Source: a virus. From it: DNA of 64,000 bases. Location of the stretch: positions 8,453 through 72,452 of IMG/VR virus record IMGVR_UViG_3300004805_000006; one strand, 5' to 3'. This document shows, piece after piece, positions 57,304 through 64,000 of the stretch. A model generated the notes under the pieces. It saw only the letters and a list, made by a program, of their open reading frames with translations, was not told the origin of the DNA and searched no databases. A program made the position numbers and the translations under genes. Numbering within the stretch: position 1 is the first letter of the stretch; each line of letters begins with the position of its first letter.

Positions 57304-60300
57304 TTACACACTCCTTATTCCATCAATAATTCTTTGACCTATTACTTTCCAATTTAAAGTTTCACCGATATATTTTTGTAATTTTTTTCCACGTGCAATA
57401 GATTCATTCTGATCATCATAAACAGATCTCATAAGTTGAGAAGCATGTTTTTCGCTAGGAAAAGCCCAATACTGGTCTAAACTATACCATCTTGAATTAC
57501 TTGAAGCTATTCCATTCAATATGTAACTACCACCATCTTCTACAAACTCATCATCTATATCAACTGAAATACTACATACAAGATCTTTATAATCCTCGAT
57601 AATTTCTTTTTTAGTTATTAAAACACCAAATCCACCTGTTATTTTTTTCTTATACCTACTCTTAACTCTTTTAGCTTTAACATCTAAAATAGTATCAAAC
57701 TCCTCATCAGAAATTGAAAATATATAACTAATCCTACCATCGGTTCTTTTACTTCTTCTTAAAGATGGTACAATATTCAATGAAAGTAATACATCTCTCA
57801 AATCTGTAGACAAAGAAAATGAAGCTGTTTCAGCAGAACATTCTGGATTTATTCTTTTCATATTCAAACTTTTATTTTTATATCCTTCCTTTCTAATATG
57901 CCCATCCCCATCCCAATAACCACGAATAAGATCTATATTAAAAAAATTATATTTAATTTTATTAGATATAAATTTATCATGACTTCCTGTACCAAAATTA
58001 CTCATAAAAAACTCAATTAATTCTTTACCATAAAAAATAATTTCACACCCGTTTCTGTCAACTAAATCTCGTTCATATATATGGCTTATATGTTTTCCAA
58101 AAAATTCCTCCATATATGTTTTACATTTATTAGCTAAAGTAAATTTTTCATTTATATTAAAAGAAAATCCAATATATGTTCTATGTTTAGAAACATAACC
58201 TTCTGCTAGGTATAATCCACATAAATATAATAATCTACTTAAAGACTCGCCTTCAAATTCAATTCCATTTATATTTATTTTACTATCGAATATATCTAAT
58301 TTTGATGGTGTTGGTACATATAAATAATCATTTGCATTTATATCACAAACTTTTTTATTAACTGGTATACTATTTTCCACTACATAAAGTTTATGTTGCC
58401 CAGTAAGTTCTACTGGGTCGGACATAGAGTAATATTTTATAGAATACATATCTTCTTCTTCTTTTATAGGTCTAAATTCTACTTTATTTATATTTTTTAG
58501 TTTAAGATTTTTATTATAAATACTAATACCTTCCTGTAAACTACTAGCTTTTAGATAGCCACTTTCTGTTTTTACTAATGAATTCAAAGACATACACCAC
58601 GGCATACCGTGACAGCATACTTCTACAAAATCTACCAAATAACTATTATCTTCCTTCAAATATTCAGTAGAGCCACCAAAATTAGTAGCAATTACTGGGT
58701 TACCTGCAGCACCAGCAGTAGCAGTTGATAAACCAAATCCCTCACCTCTATCTAAAGTTATATAACAATCTCCTCTAGCATGTAAACCTTTCATCTCGTC
58801 ATCACTTAGCATATCTAGCACTAAATAAATAGGTGGATATGAATACCCTTCCATAGGACAAGCATGTTTTAATCTTCTAATAGTGGTTCGTATTGCATCT
58901 TTTTCTCCATCACTATAATCACTTCTATGTGTTTTCATTACAAGAGCTACATCTTCACCTCTCCTAAAAGTTCTCCAATATGTTTTTATTGTAGATAAGA
59001 CATTCTTTCGCTCAGTATTACCAGAAAAAAGTATTTTACCATTTCTTTCCACTAGCATTGTATGATTCTTAACAGAAGCACAATAAACATAACCATCATA
59101 ATCAATTTCATCTAATCTTGCACGACTTAAAGAAGGTTCATTTTGGTGTTTATTAACAGATATCGTATATTGTAACCTTGTACCTTTTATTAATCTTCCA
59201 TCTATCATTCCATATTTGTTCTTAGTTGGGTCACAAGTAGAAATAGACCCTGAAAATCCAACTTTTAATAAGCACTCTTGAACATCTTCTGCTAATTTTT
59301 TAGAAGTAGTAGTGTATTTCATCCAACTACCATTCTTTGAAAAACTACCATCGCCTTTAATTAATGAATTAAGAAAAATCTTAATCTGGTCAGAACTTAA
59401 ATCCTTTAACCATGTAGGAATAAATTTTTCATAACATTTACCAAATTCAAGTAAATAAAAATATAAATATTTTGAATTAAATAAAATGTCTTTATTGTTA
59501 TGATTTACTGGAGTAAAACCCATTCTTTCTATACATTCCCAAATTTCTTTTTTATACTGCTCACTCTTTAACTGAGTTATTACTACTCTATAATAATTAG
59601 TAGATTTTTCGAGTGAACCTTCAGATAAATACCATCCAAAAAATTCTAAAAAATCATCCATCCGAATCTTTTTTGAATCAATAGTAACATCTTCTTTATT
59701 GCAAAGATAAAAAAATTCTTCTTCTTGACCTTCCCAAATACAATTCTTTTTGGATCTATATATATTACTAACTTTTAATTTACCATCTGTAGTTTTTGCT
59801 AAAAGTTCATTTAAAGGTTTAAGTTGCCATGATTCATCATATTTAGTTTTAACAACCATTTTATGATCTGGTGTTACACACACATCATATTGACCACCAC
59901 TATTTAAATGTAGCATTTTATCTTTTCTTCTAAATTTTACTATTTTATCAGGTTTATGATATTCTAATTTATCATTTTCTTTATTTAAAGTTGCAATTTC
60001 ATCTTCATATAATAAATCTTTAAAATATTTAAAACCTCCTTTAGTTAAAACTCTAGTTTGTTCATCATAACACCACTGACCTATAAAATAAAACATATAT
60101 GTTTCATCAGCAACACCATTAATATTATAAGGTTCTATATCTTTAAATTCATTTATATCCATAACATGTGGAACATTAACAATTGGAACTGTAACACCAC
60201 TTTCTTTAAACACACCAACATTCCAATCACATCCTACCATACATAGATCAGCAGTATCGTTAATATATTTAGCCCACGAATGATGTAATTTACTAGTTTC

Positions 60301-60585
60301 CCAAATAGTAAATCCTGCAAAAAATTTTCCTCGTTCTTTATGTTGAGCCCACCATTCAGGAGTTAGTTGACAAAATATAATATTATAATCAATATCTTTA
60401 TCTATAAGAGATCTAATAATTTTTCCATCTTCACCTAAGTCTGGTCTAGCTGGTTCAAATGATACAGTTTTAATAGTAAGTGGTATTCCTAGTTTATATA
60501 GTGCAATTATATTTTTCCTAGCCGCCGCAGCATATCCACTACCGTCTTCTACACACGAAATAAATTTTATGCCTTTTATTTCCAT
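57304..60585 (-). CDS. GT4-type glycosyltransferase with two inteins
   Basis: SGYA, WET, W|TERKN, RGEGFGL, GNPVIAT..GG. Confidence 0.88.
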   Translation of the reverse strand: MEIKGIKFISCVEDGSGYAAAARKNIIALYKLGIPLTIKTVSFEPARPDLGEDGKIIRSLIDKDIDYNIIFCQLTPEWWAQHKERGKFFAGFTIWETSKLHHSWAKYINDTADLCMVGCDWNVGVFKESGVTVPIVNVPHVMDINEFKDIEPYNINGVADETYMFYFIGQWCYDEQTRVLTKGGFKYFKDLLYEDEIATLNKENDKLEYHKPDKIVKFRRKDKMLHLNSGGQYDVCVTPDHKMVVKTKYDESWQLKPLNELLAKTTDGKLKVSNIYRSKKNCIWEGQEEEFFYLCNKEDVTIDSKKIRMDDFLEFFGWYLSEGSLEKSTNYYRVVITQLKSEQYKKEIWECIERMGFTPVNHNNKDILFNSKYLYFYLLEFGKCYEKFIPTWLKDLSSDQIKIFLNSLIKGDGSFSKNGSWMKYTTTSKKLAEDVQECLLKVGFSGSISTCDPTKNKYGMIDGRLIKGTRLQYTISVNKHQNEPSLSRARLDEIDYDGYVYCASVKNHTMLVERNGKILFSGNTERKNVLSTIKTYWRTFRRGEDVALVMKTHRSDYSDGEKDAIRTTIRRLKHACPMEGYSYPPIYLVLDMLSDDEMKGLHARGDCYITLDRGEGFGLSTATAGAAGNPVIATNFGGSTEYLKEDNSYLVDFVEVCCHGMPWCMSLNSLVKTESGYLKASSLQEGISIYNKNLKLKNINKVEFRPIKEEEDMYSIKYYSMSDPVELTGQHKLYVVENSIPVNKKVCDINANDYLYVPTPSKLDIFDSKININGIEFEGESLSRLLYLCGLYLAEGYVSKHRTYIGFSFNINEKFTLANKCKTYMEEFFGKHISHIYERDLVDRNGCEIIFYGKELIEFFMSNFGTGSHDKFISNKIKYNFFNIDLIRGYWDGDGHIRKEGYKNKSLNMKRINPECSAETASFSLSTDLRDVLLSLNIVPSLRRSKRTDGRISYIFSISDEEFDTILDVKAKRVKSRYKKKITGGFGVLITKKEIIEDYKDLVCSISVDIDDEFVEDGGSYILNGIASSNSRWYSLDQYWAFPSEKHASQLMRSVYDDQNESIARGKKLQKYIGETLNWKVIGQRIIDGIRSV
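57496..58596 (-). mobile_element. intein with LAGLIDADG endonuclease (367 aa) in glycosyltransferase
   Basis: MPW|CMSLN..LCGLYLAEG..GYWDGDG..ASSN|SRW. Confidence 0.85.
59017..60072 (-). mobile_element. intein with LAGLIDADG endonuclease (352 aa) in glycosyltransferase
   Basis: GQW|CYDEQT..VTPDH..FFGWYLSEG..GDG..FSGN|TER. Confidence 0.9.
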
Positions 60586-60636
60586 CTATATTCCTCCTCC
60601 ATTTAACATTTACTCTATTTAATCACTGATACAACT

Positions 60637-60664
60637 AATATAATACATAATATCAATTTGTCAA
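60637..60664 (-). promoter_or_regulatory. sigma70-like promoter for the glycosylation operon
   Basis: TTGACA-N16-TATATT. Confidence 0.75.
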
Positions 60665-60679
60665 TACTAAGTTTAAATA

Positions 60680-60711
60680 AAAATAAGGGTCAATAATATG
60701 ACCCTTATTTT
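60680..60711. terminator. intrinsic terminator (bidirectional form)
   Basis: AAAATAAGGGTCA/TGACCCTTATTTT. Confidence 0.75.
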
Positions 60712-60718
60712 AATCATT

Positions 60719-62311
60719 TCATACTTCTGGCAATAACTCTGGGTGCTCACATTGTTCAATAACACTGTCTATAAAAGTGTGCCATTGTTTTAATCTATGT
60801 CTATGTCTTTGTATAAACATATTTCTTAATGTCTTGTAATTAACGCAAACCAATCTAGTCTGCAAAAATCCCTCAGGTAAATTCCATTTTACCCTCTCTA
60901 AACTATCACCTATAAGTAAACCTTTTTCAGTGAAATTACTTGTTTCTTCTTTAAGTATTTCATTAAAAATATCTATTTGTCGGCTGTCTGTCCCATCTTC
61001 AAAATCATATGGTAAAAGTTGTCTCTTTTGAATAGTATGCATAGTTGAATTACCAGACCAAGTTATTTTATTATTTCTTCTTACCATTATTACATGATTA
61101 GGAACTTCAACACAATAAATATTACCACTATATGGTTCTTTTAATATATTATTTTTTAATACATATGAATATAATGTTTTATGTTTTGAAATACTCCATA
61201 CAATATTTCTCTTACCTATCATTTTCTGATGCACTCTTATATTAGAGTTAGACCCTATCTTTAACCATAATTCTTGCATATTATCTATAAGTGTCTTACT
61301 TATAGATATGTAAATATGATGACCGTTAGTTATACATCCATCACCCATCATTATCCACTTCTCAAACAAAATTAATTTATCTACTGGAAGATTAAGTATC
61401 CAAGTAGGTATATATTTATGAAGTGCTCCTTTTTGATTTTCTAAATACCTATATAATTGTTTTGAATGTATAAGCCACTTTACATCATTACCTTTACTTT
61501 GTTTACACACTTTAAAAGGAAATACTTTAAAAAATTCATCTATTTCATTATAATTAATTGATTTTTTAGACTGACATACGCCTATAATATAATTACTTTT
61601 TTTTAAATAGTTATATAAATACCCTTCAGAAATAAATATACCCATAAATTTTAACATTACATCGGTATTTATAAATATATCCTCAGAACCAAGATGATTT
61701 TTTATTTTTGGTATACATATCTGATTTATATTGTTACCAGCCCATATACCGCCTTTCGGTATAGCATGATTATGTGTAAAATTAACAGCTTTTAGTAGTC
61801 TTAAACTAGACCCCCTTCTATTTTTAACTACCATATTATGATTAGGAGTAACTTTTAAATCATAACTACGTCCTTTAAACCTAATCATATCACCTTGATA
61901 AAAAGATGATATATAATTAGTAATATATTGATACTCTATAAATTTATTAGTCATATTTAAAGTACATACTTTATCTCCCATGTGCACATCTTTAAATAAT
62001 TTCCAACCGCTATTCGTAAGAATTTCTGTAATATCATCATAGCATTCACTTTGTTTTGTAGCTAAACGATAAGTATCAAATTCACTCCACCATCCTCTAG
62101 GAGCCTCAACTTCAACCCACATTTGAATAGATTCTAAAAATTTATTATGTCCTCCATCCATTTTATGCTGTATAGTAGCTTTACTACTCAACTTTTTAAA
62201 ACGTTCTGCTGTCCACCAGTCCTTGAAAGTTATTTCTCTATCTTTAAAAGATAATGATAACCCATAAAGTGATTCTTCATACCCACATTCTTTCATTATT
62301 CTTACTTTCAT
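60719..62311 (-). CDS. ThyX-like (flavin-dependent thymidylate synthase fold) protein, intein-containing
   Basis: H.KFLE, EFDTYR, QSE|STMH, LP.G, NYKTLRN...QR..HRL..W. Confidence 0.65.
   Translation of the reverse strand: MKVRIMKECGYEESLYGLSLSFKDREITFKDWWTAERFKKLSSKATIQHKMDGGHNKFLESIQMWVEVEAPRGWWSEFDTYRLATKQSECYDDITEILTNSGWKLFKDVHMGDKVCTLNMTNKFIEYQYITNYISSFYQGDMIRFKGRSYDLKVTPNHNMVVKNRRGSSLRLLKAVNFTHNHAIPKGGIWAGNNINQICIPKIKNHLGSEDIFINTDVMLKFMGIFISEGYLYNYLKKSNYIIGVCQSKKSINYNEIDEFFKVFPFKVCKQSKGNDVKWLIHSKQLYRYLENQKGALHKYIPTWILNLPVDKLILFEKWIMMGDGCITNGHHIYISISKTLIDNMQELWLKIGSNSNIRVHQKMIGKRNIVWSISKHKTLYSYVLKNNILKEPYSGNIYCVEVPNHVIMVRRNNKITWSGNSTMHTIQKRQLLPYDFEDGTDSRQIDIFNEILKEETSNFTEKGLLIGDSLERVKWNLPEGFLQTRLVCVNYKTLRNMFIQRHRHRLKQWHTFIDSVIEQCEHPELLPEV
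61049..62044 (-). mobile_element. intein with LAGLIDADG endonuclease (332 aa) in ThyX-like gene
   Basis: QSE|CYDD..VTPNH..FMGIFISEG..GDG..WSGN|STMH. Confidence 0.9.
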
Positions 62312-62319
62312 TATACCTC

Positions 62320-64000
62320 CTAAAAACTTTCTGTTTCAATTATCTTATTAGTTTCAGCTTTAACTACTTCACCAGCCATTAAACTTTTATAAGCAGAATC
62401 AAATATAGTTAACCATTTAGGAACAATGTGTGAAGACCAATCCATTTGCGTAGTAGCCCAACTATATGCATTTTCTGTACGTCTTTTAACTTCCTCAGAA
62501 TTTGAATATATTTCTTTCATTATTCTAATCATATCTTCAACATCAACTAAAGGTCGTACAACCTCATTATCATTTGGTACTACAGTAAATAAACTTGGAT
62601 TTGACCCACTCTTTACTAGCCATCCACGATCTTCTGTAATAAATTCAGGCATCATAGTATTTCCTGGCATAATAACTGGAGTTTTAGTAGCCATGGACTC
62701 AATCCATGAATTATGCACAACTACATTTTCAGCAATAAAATCGTTAGTATTAGCTACCTGTATATCAATTAGTTTACCGCAATATTTTTCTACTTTTATC
62801 TTCTTTATAGGTAAAATTAAATAATCATCATTAATTTTTGCTGACTCATTATCTATATTTAAATCATAATTTTTATCACAGTTTCTAGGAAATAAAAGTT
62901 GATCTCCTACTAAAAGATTTTCAGCTTTTTTCCATGTGTAATTACCATTATCTAAAGTAAGAAAACCATGTTCAGGTGATGATTTTATTGGGATATTAGA
63001 CATCCAAGTAGTAATATTATATAAACTATCATCATGATATTTGGACATTATGGCTTGAACTTCGTTATAAGTACCATTAGATGATAATACTTTATCCATA
63101 ACCGTTAAATCTTTAATACACTTTATTCCAGAATCAGTATAAATATTAGTTTCAGGATGAAGGCAAAACCCAAAACCTTCACCTAAAGTTGTGCTGATAA
63201 CACAATCACTAGCATTATATATCAAGTTAACGATATTCCTTGGATAACCTTGGTTAGGTCCGAAATTTTCAGGAAAAATAACATCATTTACTGTACTAAG
63301 CCCATAAGATTTAACAATCTCTGGTAGATCCCAACCCTGATCTTTTTTAGCACAATTATGAGCTATAAAACCACCATTAACGCAGTAAGACTCATCGTCT
63401 ACTACTGACATATTGTATACAGATCCAGTGTAATCAGATGGTTTTATTGAGTGTATCCTACAAGCAACGTAGCCATCTATAAAAAAATGATAATATTCTT
63501 TATTTACTTTAGTAAGTTTAAAATCATCAATCTCTAAATTTAAGTATAGTCTTTCTAAATCTGAATGTATGGTAGCCATAAAACCATTAAAACTACTTCC
63601 GTCTGGTCTATACGTATCTCGTATCGACATGAAAAATTTTCTTCTAAGAAGACCATCTCTTACTAACGTTATTAAATCTAAAGATACTGAACTGTATGCA
63701 ATAAATCTATCTGTGTAGTGACCATCACCATCAAACATTCCAGTAATTAACCCAAAAAATTTATCATCAGATAAAAAATTGAACCATTCTGGATATTTTT
63801 TAGTATGAGCTGAATGACCAAATAAAGATTTAAAAAATTTTGCTAAAGTAGAACTACATACTGTAAGTTGTGTAGTATTTTTTTCAGGAAAATGTCTAAC
63901 TATAGTAGTAAGACCGAATATATTTTTTATATTACTAACTACAAAATCTACATACTTAACTTCTTTTATATTAAAAGTAAATTGTACAGTATCCATAGTT
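62320..64000 (-). CDS. 5'-truncated GT4-type glycosyltransferase with at least two inteins
   Basis: YNASD..STT.GEGFG|SW.E.MA...PV; frame open to the window edge. Confidence 0.85.
   Translation of the reverse strand, partial: TMDTVQFTFNIKEVKYVDFVVSNIKNIFGLTTIVRHFPEKNTTQLTVCSSTLAKFFKSLFGHSAHTKKYPEWFNFLSDDKFFGLITGMFDGDGHYTDRFIAYSSVSLDLITLVRDGLLRRKFFMSIRDTYRPDGSSFNGFMATIHSDLERLYLNLEIDDFKLTKVNKEYYHFFIDGYVACRIHSIKPSDYTGSVYNMSVVDDESYCVNGGFIAHNCAKKDQGWDLPEIVKSYGLSTVNDVIFPENFGPNQGYPRNIVNLIYNASDCVISTTLGEGFGFCLHPETNIYTDSGIKCIKDLTVMDKVLSSNGTYNEVQAIMSKYHDDSLYNITTWMSNIPIKSSPEHGFLTLDNGNYTWKKAENLLVGDQLLFPRNCDKNYDLNIDNESAKINDDYLILPIKKIKVEKYCGKLIDIQVANTNDFIAENVVVHNSWIESMATKTPVIMPGNTMMPEFITEDRGWLVKSGSNPSLFTVVPNDNEVVRPLVDVEDMIRIMKEIYSNSEEVKRRTENAYSWATTQMDWSSHIVPKWLTIFDSAYKSLMAGEVVKAETNKIIETESF
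62710..63165 (-). mobile_element. mini-intein (152 aa) in glycosyltransferase
   Basis: GEGFGF|CLHPET..SPEH..VVHN|SWIE. Confidence 0.9.
63355..64000 (-). mobile_element. intein (partial) with LAGLIDADG endonuclease in glycosyltransferase
   Basis: GMFDGDG..VYNMSV..IAHN|CAK. Confidence 0.88.

Noticed and set aside
10941-62824. Short + strand ORFs antisense to long - strand genes (e.g. 25990-26415, 32635-32940, 62426-62824)
   Set aside because: Shadow frames of well-supported genes with no motifs or RBS
1-64000. Alternative genetic code (stop-codon reassignment)
   Set aside because: Long genes are intact in the standard code, TAA, TAG and TGA all end genes, and no suppressor tRNA was seen

Overview
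AT-rich fragment of a large (jumbo/huge) bacteriophage genome, standard genetic code. A short + strand block (1 to ~7.0 kb) carries small accessory genes (GNAT, RelA/SpoT-type HD protein, ATP-grasp ligase, NadD), tRNA-Tyr and several structured intergenic RNAs. It converges at a hairpin near 7.05 kb with a long - strand block. That block carries translation functions (tmRNA with a 30-codon tag, six tRNAs, Pth2, RlmN-like radical SAM), signalling proteins (PAS, receivers, HDIG phosphodiesterase), replication and nucleotide genes (PolA, DnaX, ATP-dependent ligase, class II RNR, dUTPase, dCMP deaminase, ThyX-like, Rad52-like, Clp-type AAA+), a sugar-modification/glycosyltransferase locus mixed with tail-fibre genes, nine inteins and four paralogous Zn-repeat HNH endonucleases. 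The most striking unexplained elements are: (1) a ~320-nt intergenic RNA (4048-4369) that reproduces the 23S rRNA GTPase-associated centre (H43/H44, L11/thiostrepton site) in three ordered pieces split by structured insertions; (2) a tandem array of three micro-ORFs with strong Shine-Dalgarno sites encoding (KP)n peptides directly downstream of a SAM methyltransferase; (3) two tandem Y-RNA-like stems. All calls come from manual reading; no database searches were run.
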